This document shows, piece after piece, positions 29,553 through 39,074 of a DNA stretch of 64,000 nt. Where the stretch lies: contig JACPGJ010000007.1 in assembly GCA_016182555.1 (NCBI GenBank), positions 64,053 to 128,052 on the forward strand, in the 5' to 3' direction. How positions within the stretch are numbered: the first letter of the stretch is position 1; every line of letters starts with the position of its first letter. Under the pieces are notes generated by a model. That model did no database searches. It was not told the DNA's origin and saw only the letters and a list, made by a program, of their open reading frames with translations. The translations under genes and the position numbers were made by a program. This DNA comes from Candidatus Kerfeldbacteria bacterium. Its GTDB lineage: Bacteria; Patescibacteriota; Patescibacteriia; UBA9570; XYC2-FULL-38-9.

Positions 29553-31346
29553 TTATTCGCTTCGATCTGGTTGAATTTTCAAATAATTGACCAAATACTG
29601 AGACAATTTCCCAAACAATGGCGCAGCAGACGTTTCTGCCCAGGGTGATTGCGGTTTATCAATTTTCACGAGAATGACTGCCTGCGGGTCAGAAACGGAA
29701 ACAAATCCAATAAATGTGTCTTTATGAAGATGCTCATCATATCCAACACCGTTTTCTTTCGGAACCTGCGCAGTTCCTGTTTTACCGGCAACAAAATATC
29801 CATCTAAACGTGCTGGCTTTGCATGCGGCCCATCAACAACGCGTACTAACATTGCCCCGACCGTACGTGCTGTTTCTGGAGAAATAGGTTGTCCAGCTGG
29901 CTCCGGTTGCGTCACTTCTTGATATCCATTCGATTTCACGACGCGATCGACAATATATGGCTTCATCATGACACCATCATTGGCAAATGCACTATACGCC
30001 TGCACCAATTGCAAAGGAGTAATCGTCATTCCCTGGCCATACGATGACGTCGCGCTATAAATATCTTGTAATTTTGCCACAGAAGAAATATTCCCAGCAT
30101 TTTCTCCATTAAGAGTAATACCGGTTTTCTTTCCAAAACCAAACTGCTGAATATAATTGTTCCATCGTTCATTTCCAATTTGTTGCACGGCATAGACAGC
30201 ACCCGTATTCAAGGATAACTCCAAAACGGTTGTCATATCCACCACTCCATGGGCTTTGAAATCGGAATTATTGATGGAGTACCCCTCAATCTTTACTTCA
30301 CCCGTATCCTCATACGTTGTATATGGAGTAATTTTACCTTCATTGATGGCTGCGGCCACAGCGATCGGTTTCAACACTGAACCTGGTTCATATTGGTCAG
30401 AAACCGCATCATTCATATACAGTTGAATATCATCCACATCGGAATAATGATTCGGGTCATATTCGGGAGCATTACACATCGCTAAAATTGCTCCGGTTTT
30501 CGGGTTCATCACAATAACAGATCCTTGCTCTGCTTTCAGCGATTCTACAGTATCACTTAACATCCAGCACGCTGTATATTGAATATTTTTATCAATCGTG
30601 AGAATCAACGAATCACCGTCTTGCGCCTCTACAATGGAATTATCACCGATGGCAATAAACCGACCAAATGCATCTAATTCTTTCCGAATACTCCCTGGTG
30701 TTCCGGCCATCTGCGTATCAAAATATCCTTCCAAACCATATTGGCCTTTCCGATGATCATCCGCCATTCCCACAAAACCAGTAATCGCTGAGGTTGCCTT
30801 GCCTTCTGGATACAAACGAGCATCTTCCGGAGTCCAATCAATTCCCGGTAACTGTTGTTCATGAATAATTTTTTCCAATGCATTCAACTCTTGTTCACTC
30901 ACACCATGTTTTAATGGCTCATACACATCATTCTCTTTTGATAACCGCTCGAGCACCATGGCTGAATCTAATCCCAGCACATCGGCAACCGCATCAGCTG
31001 TTTTTTGTTTATCGACGATTGGTATTTGCTTCGGATTTGCAAATACATGATACACCGTTTGATTCGTGGCAATAACCGCGAGCCCAGAATCAGAAAATTG
31101 ATCTTGGGCATATATCTCACCGCGTTCAGGCAATAGTTGCTTCGCTAAGGTATGCTGGTCATTTGCCCACTGCTCATAAAATCCATGCTCCATGACCTGC
31201 ACCACAAATAACCGTGTAATAATCAGCAAGCTCATCGCTCCAAAACCGATCATTAATAACTTCACTCGGTCCATTCCTGCAAATACAATAAGACCCGCTG
31301 TTGCACTTCGTGTTTTTCGTGAATGCGAAATTCTGCGCTTCGTCAT
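29553..31346 (-). CDS. ftsI: Class B penicillin-binding protein (FtsI-like)
   Basis: EPGSVLK, SLN, GKTGTAQ; position in the mraZ-rsmH-ftsL operon. Confidence 0.9.
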   Translation of the reverse strand: MTKRRISHSRKTRSATAGLIVFAGMDRVKLLMIGFGAMSLLIITRLFVVQVMEHGFYEQWANDQHTLAKQLLPERGEIYAQDQFSDSGLAVIATNQTVYHVFANPKQIPIVDKQKTADAVADVLGLDSAMVLERLSKENDVYEPLKHGVSEQELNALEKIIHEQQLPGIDWTPEDARLYPEGKATSAITGFVGMADDHRKGQYGLEGYFDTQMAGTPGSIRKELDAFGRFIAIGDNSIVEAQDGDSLILTIDKNIQYTACWMLSDTVESLKAEQGSVIVMNPKTGAILAMCNAPEYDPNHYSDVDDIQLYMNDAVSDQYEPGSVLKPIAVAAAINEGKITPYTTYEDTGEVKIEGYSINNSDFKAHGVVDMTTVLELSLNTGAVYAVQQIGNERWNNYIQQFGFGKKTGITLNGENAGNISSVAKLQDIYSATSSYGQGMTITPLQLVQAYSAFANDGVMMKPYIVDRVVKSNGYQEVTQPEPAGQPISPETARTVGAMLVRVVDGPHAKPARLDGYFVAGKTGTAQVPKENGVGYDEHLHKDTFIGFVSVSDPQAVILVKIDKPQSPWAETSAAPLFGKLSQYLVNYLKIQPDRSE

Positions 31347-31349
31347 GGT

Positions 31350-31715
31350 CTATTTATTGCCAAAAGCCACCGCGGAATCTGTTGTTTGAAGATAATCCGC
31401 TTTACCAGATGCGACCATTTTGGAAGTATCAATGCGTTGTTGAATGCTTTCAAGCGACTGTAACGCCGTTTGTTGATTACCCAACTTATGGTATTCATCT
31501 TCCAACGCCAACACCTGTTTTTCTAAATCAGATACATAAAAGCCAGCCGATGCAGAACTATTCACCAGCCACAGATATGTTCCACCTAATAGCATAATAC
31601 TGGCGATGAGTGCAATACGCATGCGCGTGGTATCAATCAACGCTAAAAATTCTCCTATTCGTGAGGAAATATTTTCTTGTTTTTGTTTATGACGTAGTAA
31701 AGAAAAACGGGACAT
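31350..31715 (-). CDS. FtsL-like cell division protein
   Basis: One TM segment plus coiled coil, between rsmH and ftsI. Confidence 0.65.
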   Translation of the reverse strand: MSRFSLLRHKQKQENISSRIGEFLALIDTTRMRIALIASIMLLGGTYLWLVNSSASAGFYVSDLEKQVLALEDEYHKLGNQQTALQSLESIQQRIDTSKMVASGKADYLQTTDSAVAFGNK

Positions 31716-31728
31716 GAACGTTCATTAT

Positions 31729-32688
31729 TTATAATTTTTCTATCATGCGCAGTTTGGCGCTGCGTGCGCGCGGATTCTCCGCTACCTCTTCTGCAGATGG
31801 TTGAATCGGTTTTTTGGTGATCTGTTTTACGACGGCATGATGATCGCATCGGCATTCCGGAATTTCCGGCGGACAAATGCACTCCGTTGCCCATAATCGA
31901 AATTGGTGTTTTACAATACGGTCTTCCAACGAGTGAAAGGAAATAATCGCTAATCGCCCACCAGGAGCCAGAATATTGAGTACTGAAGAAAGAAACTGCT
32001 GCAGATGTTCAAGCTCATGGTTGACGGCGATACGCAACGCTTGAAAGGTTCGCGTCGCTGGGTGAATCTTTTGCCCTGGCCTGCGATGGATTATTTGCTC
32101 AATGAATTCAGCAAATTCTGCGCTCTGCTCAAATGGCTGTACCGCGCGACGTTGCACAATTTCACGCGCAATTTTTCGCGCATGAGGTTCTTCGCCATAT
32201 TCTCGCAAGATACGCAATAACTCTTCTTCTGAAGCAGTGTTGAGTAATTCCGCTGCGGTTTCTCCTTGCGTTTGATCGAATCGCATATCGAGCAAACCAT
32301 TCTGGCGAAATGAAAATCCCCGCTTGCCTTCATCTAACTGTAATGAAGACAACCCAAGATCGAGCAAGATTCCACGAATGGGTTGGTGTGCATCAATAAC
32401 GTCACGATACTGGGCCGCGTTTGCATACGAATCATGAATGGGAATAAAACGGGCTCCAAATTCCTGCAACCATTGCGTGGTTTCATGCAACGTTTGGGCA
32501 TCGCGGTCAAAACCGATCACGACTCCGTGGGGGGCAATACGCCCAAGCATGGATCGCGTATGTCCACCGCCACCGACCGTACCGTCAATGACCGTATCAT
32601 TTGGTGCCAGATTCAAACCGTGTAACACCTCTTGTAAAAGAACAGGAACATGCACACTCGTACGGTTATTCATCATCGGCTTCGTCAA
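31729..32688 (-). CDS. rsmH: 16S rRNA m4C1402 methyltransferase
   Basis: HVPVLL, DGTVGGGGH, LDLGLSS, SFHSLEDR, NPRARSAKLR. Confidence 0.97.
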   Translation of the reverse strand: MTKPMMNNRTSVHVPVLLQEVLHGLNLAPNDTVIDGTVGGGGHTRSMLGRIAPHGVVIGFDRDAQTLHETTQWLQEFGARFIPIHDSYANAAQYRDVIDAHQPIRGILLDLGLSSLQLDEGKRGFSFRQNGLLDMRFDQTQGETAAELLNTASEEELLRILREYGEEPHARKIAREIVQRRAVQPFEQSAEFAEFIEQIIHRRPGQKIHPATRTFQALRIAVNHELEHLQQFLSSVLNILAPGGRLAIISFHSLEDRIVKHQFRLWATECICPPEIPECRCDHHAVVKQITKKPIQPSAEEVAENPRARSAKLRMIEKL

Positions 32689-32725
32689 ATAGTGATTCCA
32701 TAGCTTCCTCCTCCATGGTTACTGA

Positions 32726-33157
32726 TTAGACTCCTAATTCGCCCAGGGTTTCTGCAATTTCATTGCTTTCCTGTTCGGTCGCGGTTTTGTATTTCTTCCA
32801 CGCGGCCTCATCCCAAATTTCTAACCGGTCATAGAGGCCGGCAACCACCACTTTTTTGTTGGTGTCGGCATATTCCCGCAGATATTCGGGCAGGATGATT
32901 CTCCCCTGTCTATCGAGTGTCACATCCATCGCGCCGGCAAGCATGAGGCGCGAAAATGCACGTGACTTACTCTGCGAAATAGGTAGTTTAACCAGCTTTT
33001 CAGCAAGTGCGTTCCAAGCATCCATTGGGTATAAAAAGAGACAACGGTCCAAGCCGCGAGTCACGACAGCGCCACCGGAAAGTTTTGCACGAAATTTCAC
33101 CGGAATAGCCAGGCGGCCTTTTTCGTCTATGGAGTGTTGATATTCACCGATGAACAT
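32726..33157 (-). CDS. mraZ: Transcriptional regulator MraZ
   Basis: MFIGEYQHSIDEKGR, DRQGRI. Confidence 0.97.
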   Translation of the reverse strand: MFIGEYQHSIDEKGRLAIPVKFRAKLSGGAVVTRGLDRCLFLYPMDAWNALAEKLVKLPISQSKSRAFSRLMLAGAMDVTLDRQGRIILPEYLREYADTNKKVVVAGLYDRLEIWDEAAWKKYKTATEQESNEIAETLGELGV

Positions 33158-33204
33158 GTGCGTTCGTTGCTTTTTATATAGTAGAAAGGGTGTGTGAATT
33201 CAAG

Positions 33205-33245
33205 TTATCCACTTCTGGTATAGCTTATCCCCACTTTTATCCACA
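33205..33245 (-). promoter_or_regulatory. Probable MraZ operator (GTGG-N6-GTGG) overlapping DnaA-box-like 9-mers
   Basis: Minus strand GTGGATAAAAGTGG at 33231-33244; TTATCCACA at 33237-33245 and TTATCCACT at 33205-33213. Confidence 0.6.
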
Positions 33246-33386
33246 ATTCACCTTAATATAACCATTATACACCACAACTATACCCCACGCAACCCCCGCT
33301 CTCCACAAAAAAATAAGGGTTATCCCCATATTTATGAAAAAAATGCAACTGCTGTGTTTAATGTGTTTAATGACCTTTCACATATC

Positions 33387-33462
33387 AACCTTCGCGATAA
33401 TTCTTCCAGAGCTTCGTTTTGCTTCGCAAATACGTGCTCTCTCCAGAATTATCGCTACGGTT
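33387..33462. repeat. REP-like palindromic intergenic element
   Basis: AACCTTCGCGATAATTCT ... AGAATTATCGCTACGGTT arms with an inner TTTG-CTTCG-CAAA hairpin. Confidence 0.6.
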
Positions 33463-33506
33463 CTATAACCTGAATGGCCGCGTAAAGGCCAAGAACAGAA
33501 AATATT

Positions 33507-35180
33507 TTATCGGTGATACTTCTTTGAAACAGGGAGCGAAATATAAAATGTAGTGCCGCGACGAGGTTCAGATTCAAACCAAATACGACCACGATGTTTT
33601 TGAATAATATGACGAACAATATACAACCCTAAACCAGAACCACTCGATTCCTGTTGTTTGGCGTTGGTTGCTCGGTAAAATTTGGTAAAAATTTTCGCTT
33701 GTTCTTTTTTTGGAATACCAATACCTTGATCGGTAATGGCAATCAATTGTTGACCATCCGGCTGGTGTATACGAATCGAAATGGTAGAATCATTCGGGGA
33801 ATATTTCACGGCATTATCAACCAAATTTTGAATCGCCATTCGCAATTTCTGTTTATCCATCTCGATCGGCGGTAATAATTCCGCCGGTGTATTCAACTCA
33901 ATATGTATTTTCTTACGCTCCGCATCGACTGCTGCACTCTTCACCACATCCTCTACCAAATCCACCACATGGTCTTCAATAAATTGATATTCCGTACGAC
34001 CCTCTTCCATTTCAGAAATATCTAACAAATTATTGATAATCTCAATCACTTGGTTATTTTTCGCAAATGCTTGGTCCAATAATTCTTTCTGCTTTGCATT
34101 CACCGGACCGATATCACCATCGGACATAATTTGAAAAAACCACTTGAGCGATGATAGTGGCGTGCGTAATTGATGAGCCGCAACTGAAATAAAATCCGAT
34201 TTCATTTGATCGAGCTCTTTTTCGCGGGTGACATCGCGCAACACCTTGACCCAACTCAAAATAGATCCACTCAGATTATAAATTGGAATAGAATCCACTT
34301 GAATATACGTGACAATATCGCCTCCACCTACGGCGATATCATGGCCCAAACGCTTGGCTTGGGGTTGATCGAGAATCGCATCAATCAATGAATGAAATTT
34401 TTTGGCAAAATTCTTTTTGTGCAATTCTGATTTCAAAGCGTCATCATATAACTGCAACATATACATGGCCGGCGGATTCATCGATAAAATATGTTGCTGG
34501 GTATCCATCATAATAATGCCATCTTCGAGAGAATTTAAAATCGAACGAACTTTGTCGCGCTCAATAGTAATTTGTAATTCGCGATCACGAATAATACGAT
34601 TCACAAATATCGCGAGAATGGACAACACCATAAACGATAATGCGATCGTCATCGTGTTCAGTACTGTGGCTTCAATATTTTGGTAGAGGTGTGGATCGTG
34701 GTGATATCGCGCATAGTGAGCAATGAACCCCTGAAATTCAAACACGATTAACCCGATATACATCGTCATGGTCACCAGCGACAGCATGACAATTTCAATT
34801 TCGGAAAACAGAATGGTGGCCGATAAGAGCGGGAAGAAATAGATGAAGAAATTAATACTTTCAATACCACCGGTGTAATAGATGAGCGCCGTCACCATAA
34901 GCTGGTCAACCAACACTTGCGAAAAACTCAACAAGTGCAGAGTGCGATCACGCAATTTTTGCGGAGAACGGTGGATATAGAATGAAAACGAAATATTATA
35001 GAGCATCGGTAAAATCACCAATACCATTAACCGCATCACCGTTAATGAACTCACACCCACACCGGCGATTCGTTGGACAACTCCCACTAATGCTAGCCCT
35101 AAAATTAAAAACCAACGACTCAGAATAATGCCTTTAATCGCATGAATACGTTTTATTTTTTGCTCCTCCGTGAATGACAT
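33507..35180 (-). CDS. Membrane sensor histidine kinase with a PAS domain
   Basis: AAHQLRTPL, NLVDNAVKYS, DQGIGI, GSGLGL; multi-TM N-terminus. Confidence 0.93.
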   Translation of the reverse strand: MSFTEEQKIKRIHAIKGIILSRWFLILGLALVGVVQRIAGVGVSSLTVMRLMVLVILPMLYNISFSFYIHRSPQKLRDRTLHLLSFSQVLVDQLMVTALIYYTGGIESINFFIYFFPLLSATILFSEIEIVMLSLVTMTMYIGLIVFEFQGFIAHYARYHHDPHLYQNIEATVLNTMTIALSFMVLSILAIFVNRIIRDRELQITIERDKVRSILNSLEDGIIMMDTQQHILSMNPPAMYMLQLYDDALKSELHKKNFAKKFHSLIDAILDQPQAKRLGHDIAVGGGDIVTYIQVDSIPIYNLSGSILSWVKVLRDVTREKELDQMKSDFISVAAHQLRTPLSSLKWFFQIMSDGDIGPVNAKQKELLDQAFAKNNQVIEIINNLLDISEMEEGRTEYQFIEDHVVDLVEDVVKSAAVDAERKKIHIELNTPAELLPPIEMDKQKLRMAIQNLVDNAVKYSPNDSTISIRIHQPDGQQLIAITDQGIGIPKKEQAKIFTKFYRATNAKQQESSGSGLGLYIVRHIIQKHRGRIWFESEPRRGTTFYISLPVSKKYHR

Positions 35181-35251
35181 ATCATTAAATGGCTGCTGTT
35201 AGTATACGGAAAAATTTGTGATTTGTATACATTTCTTTTATACTCATTTTC

Positions 35252-35788
35252 ATGAAGCTCAAACAACACATCCCAAACGCCATTAGTACTTTCCGTGGGC
35301 TGCTCACCGTTTCCTTGCTGCCTTTATTCTTTTTGCCTCATAGCCGCATTATTGCACAAGTAATTATTGTTTCAGCTATTCTGCTTGATAAGCTCGATGG
35401 CACGCTGGCGCGCTGGTGGAAAGTGGAATCTGAATTAGGAAAACGGTTAGAATCGATTATCGATCCATTCCAAATCACCGTTGCGGGATTATATATTGTT
35501 TTATTCTGCGGATTTCCAGCCAACATTTTTTTTATCGGTCTCAGTGTTTGCGGTATGGTCACGCTATGGCGAATGATTGTGTCTATACGTATGAAAAAAT
35601 TATTTTACGAAAAATCTCCTATCAGTCGCGTTGGTGCAGGGTTAGCTTACGTCACGATATTCTTTTTTCTCTTTACCCTCCCCGGCCGCAACCTGATGGC
35701 ATGGCTCATGCTCGCCTACACGCTCCTCATGTGCGCAAATTATGCACGTATGATTTCCCGAGCCTATAAACGAACAACGACACGTTAG
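35252..35788 (+). CDS. CDP-alcohol phosphatidyltransferase (PgsA-like)
   Basis: PNAISTFR, DKLDGTLAR...S.LGKRLE. Confidence 0.85.
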   Translation: MKLKQHIPNAISTFRGLLTVSLLPLFFLPHSRIIAQVIIVSAILLDKLDGTLARWWKVESELGKRLESIIDPFQITVAGLYIVLFCGFPANIFFIGLSVCGMVTLWRMIVSIRMKKLFYEKSPISRVGAGLAYVTIFFFLFTLPGRNLMAWLMLAYTLLMCANYARMISRAYKRTTTR

Positions 35789-37311
35789 ATTGTAGACAAG
35801 AAACGGATAAGCGTACGAACACTAAAACCGGTGGCACCCGAAGGAGTGCATGGGTCTGTTTGTGCATACGCCCATGCTGGCCCAGCAATATCCAAATGCA
35901 ACCACGGCGTTTTTTTGCTCACAAAATGGCTTAAGAACAGCGCACCTTCAATCGCGCCTCCCCAACGGGCTTTATTATTATTTTGTAGATCGGCAATTGG
36001 GCTATCCAGTAATTTTTTATACTCATCAACCATCGGTAATTCCCACACCGGTTCACCTGCGCTGCGTGCGGCTTCTTGCACCAATCCCATTAACTGTCGA
36101 TTTGTACTAAACACACCAGCGACCTGTAAACCTAACGCAACCATACAGGCGCCCGTGAGCGTGGCAATATCCACCATATAATCTGGTTGGAGTTTCTCTT
36201 CTGCCCACGCCAGTGCGTCTGCAAGCACAAGCCGTCCTTCTGCATCCGTATTGGTAATTTCAATAGTTTTACCATTATAGGCAGTTACCACATCACCTGG
36301 TTTTGTTGCTTTGCCAGAGGGCATATTTTCTGTCGCTGCGATCACTCCATGCAGCGCAACATTCGGTGCTATCTTATCAATTTGTGAAAAAATACCCAGC
36401 ACCGTGGCCGCGCCAGCCATATCCATTTTCATCTCTTCAATAAAACCCACTGGTTTTAAGGAAATGCCCCCAGAGTCAAACGTAATTCCCTTTCCGCAGA
36501 GCACCACTTTTTTCGGTTTTTTGCCAGCACGTTTTTTCGGTGTATATGCCAAATGAATAAAATACGGCGGTTGGTCAGAACCCGCTGCAACCGCAAGCAG
36601 TGCACCCATCTTCATTTTCCGAATAGCCGCTTCGTTATACACCGTCACCTTCACACCAGGAATTTTTGCCAGATGGCGTGCATGTTCTGCCAGTTTCGCT
36701 GGCGTCATGTGGATGGCTGGTTCGTTAATGAGATCGCGTGCATACGTTGTGGCATTACTCATCAACATACCCTGTGCCACACCAGCTTCAATCGCGCGTA
36801 CTTCTTTCGTATTCGGTTCCGCAATAATGAATTTTTGTAATTGTGCTTTTGCCAATTCCCCTGCCGTTTCCGTACCCTTGTATTTCAAAAATTGATATGC
36901 GGATAATCGCACGCCTTCTACTAATACCTGAGCAACACTGGCTACAGATATCTCTTTTGCGGTGAACGCTTCAACAGAAACCACTAAACGTTTTGCATGA
37001 ACGGTTCGCGCCGCTTGCACGGCTCGCCCAGCCGCACGACGGATTACATCTTGATTCAACTCTTCCTTTTTGCCCATTCCCAACAACAATAACCGTTTTG
37101 CTGGCAATTGATGATGTGTATGAATAATGAGCGCTTCTCCCGGCTTGCCAACAAATCCTTCATCTTCCATATCAGTGCTGATGAGGTCCTTCAACTGGGT
37201 ATTCACACTTTTCAGTACTGTATGCAGTGTTTTTGCACCTTCAAATAATGGAATAAGCAACAAATCACAAGAAACAGCAAGCACTTCTTTTCGTTGAACT
37301 TCAATTTTCAT
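35785..37311 (-). CDS. pepA: Leucyl aminopeptidase (M17)
   Basis: GKGITFDSGG, MKMDMAG, NTDAEGRL, ATLTGA. Confidence 0.96.
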   Translation of the reverse strand: MKIEVQRKEVLAVSCDLLLIPLFEGAKTLHTVLKSVNTQLKDLISTDMEDEGFVGKPGEALIIHTHHQLPAKRLLLLGMGKKEELNQDVIRRAAGRAVQAARTVHAKRLVVSVEAFTAKEISVASVAQVLVEGVRLSAYQFLKYKGTETAGELAKAQLQKFIIAEPNTKEVRAIEAGVAQGMLMSNATTYARDLINEPAIHMTPAKLAEHARHLAKIPGVKVTVYNEAAIRKMKMGALLAVAAGSDQPPYFIHLAYTPKKRAGKKPKKVVLCGKGITFDSGGISLKPVGFIEEMKMDMAGAATVLGIFSQIDKIAPNVALHGVIAATENMPSGKATKPGDVVTAYNGKTIEITNTDAEGRLVLADALAWAEEKLQPDYMVDIATLTGACMVALGLQVAGVFSTNRQLMGLVQEAARSAGEPVWELPMVDEYKKLLDSPIADLQNNNKARWGGAIEGALFLSHFVSKKTPWLHLDIAGPAWAYAQTDPCTPSGATGFSVRTLIRFLSTI

Positions 37312-37442
37312 AATAGAATATTATCAATTTATGGCTAATACTATACCAAATAACTATTGCTCTGTCGAAACTGTTCTTCTTGAAACTTGCAAAAAATTAA
37401 AATATATGTTATACTATTGATAATTAATAAATCTAACTTTGT

Positions 37443-38231
37443 ATGCTTATGGTCGGAGGGGAAACACGAAGAGAACCCAGTCGCGGTTCGAGAGTGCCAG
37501 GGGCACAACACCATGATATATGGAATACAGGCAGAAGTGCTGACCAAGTAGCTCGTTTAGCACAACGTCGGCCCGATAGACAATATGGCCAATCGTTAGC
37601 TGATATGCCGACGAGCGGAGACCCAACCATAGTTACACCAGTAGAAAACCCAAACAATCCATTAGGTAGTGAAGACACTCTCATATTAGCTGTAAATCCT
37701 GCAGCTCGGCCCAAAGAAGCATCGCTCACAGCCGTAGCAGATAATGGTAGACCAACCAATGCACACACAGAAAGATATAAAAACCGCCCAACAAATTTGG
37801 CAAACTTAGCAACTGACCCTGAATTACCTGCAACTACTGTAGAACAACGAGGCACAAAAATACTTGTTCCGGAAGTACGATTGAAAGAAAGCTTGGTTTC
37901 TCCAGAGGTTGCACGTGATTTATCAGCGATGTCAACGCAGCGACTGCAACAATTAGAAATAGATTATGTGAGATTTGCTAATGAAATGGCTAAATATTTA
38001 AAAAACGGAGGAGATGTGACTACACTGGAAAATCTTTCAACGTATTTCACAACAGATCGGGGATTACAAAAACGCTGTGCAGACTTAGTTCAGCATAGCG
38101 AAATGCCCAGCCGCAGCGCATTAACAGAACTGATGCAGGAAAATACAGATTGGCACAATGCTGCTGCACGAGAAATAGGTAACATACTCAAAGGGCGAAA
38201 ACAGCAATCTGGAAGCAGAGCTGCGGCATAA
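37443..38231 (+). CDS. Hypothetical protein
   Basis: 262-aa ORF with no recognised motif. Confidence 0.55.
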   Translation: MLMVGGETRREPSRGSRVPGAQHHDIWNTGRSADQVARLAQRRPDRQYGQSLADMPTSGDPTIVTPVENPNNPLGSEDTLILAVNPAARPKEASLTAVADNGRPTNAHTERYKNRPTNLANLATDPELPATTVEQRGTKILVPEVRLKESLVSPEVARDLSAMSTQRLQQLEIDYVRFANEMAKYLKNGGDVTTLENLSTYFTTDRGLQKRCADLVQHSEMPSRSALTELMQENTDWHNAAAREIGNILKGRKQQSGSRAAA

Positions 38232-38300
38232 AAAATTTGATTTTTTAAAGGGAAAATGATATAGTCGCTACACAATTATCGATTATCATTTTTTCCTATA

Positions 38301-39074
38301 ATGTCAAAAAAATTGAATATTTCTGATCTTCATGTCGAGGTTTCCGGCAAGGAGATTCTTCATGGTATTGATTTAATGGTGAATACCGGGGAAGTACATG
38401 CGATTATGGGGCCCAATGGTTCGGGAAAATCCACTCTTTCGCAAACCATTTTTGGTCACCCAAATTATACGGTGACCAAGGGTTCTATACGCTTGGATGG
38501 AAAGGATTTGTTACCCCTCTCCCCTGACAAACGCGCCAATCTCGGTCTGTTTTTAGCATTTCAATCACCCAATGCCGTACCAGGCGTAAACATTGCTAGT
38601 TTTTTGAAACAAGCGGTGAATGCCAAACGGCGATTCGTTGACCCGGCATTCAAAGGTCTCAAAATTCGGGAATACCGCGAACTGTTGGAGGGCACGATGC
38701 AAACCATCAAAATGAAGCCAGAATTTGCGCAACGGTATTTAAATACAGGTTTTTCTGGCGGCGAAAAGAAAAAATCGGAAATTTTACAAATGGCGATGCT
38801 CCGGCCAGATATTGCCGTGCTCGATGAAATTGATTCCGGGTTAGATGTCGATGCCTTGAAAGCTGTTTGTGAAGGGGTGAATACGCTCCGCCGTGAAACC
38901 GGTATGGGCGTGCTCATCATTACTCACTACCCACGGATTCTAAAATATATTATGCCTGATACGGTACATATATTGATGGATGGTCGTATCGTGCGCAGTG
39001 GTGATCATACGCTCGCCCACCGCATTGAAGAAGATGGATATGATTGGTTGAAGTCAACGGAAAAACCTGTATGA
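38301..39074 (+). CDS. sufC: Fe-S assembly ATPase SufC
   Basis: GPNGSGKS, GFSGGEKK, LDEIDSGLDVD. Confidence 0.96.
   Translation: MSKKLNISDLHVEVSGKEILHGIDLMVNTGEVHAIMGPNGSGKSTLSQTIFGHPNYTVTKGSIRLDGKDLLPLSPDKRANLGLFLAFQSPNAVPGVNIASFLKQAVNAKRRFVDPAFKGLKIREYRELLEGTMQTIKMKPEFAQRYLNTGFSGGEKKKSEILQMAMLRPDIAVLDEIDSGLDVDALKAVCEGVNTLRRETGMGVLIITHYPRILKYIMPDTVHILMDGRIVRSGDHTLAHRIEEDGYDWLKSTEKPV

Noticed and set aside
33205-33330. Chromosomal oriC
   Set aside because: Only one perfect DnaA box, no dnaA or dnaN nearby, and the motifs overlap the expected MraZ operator.
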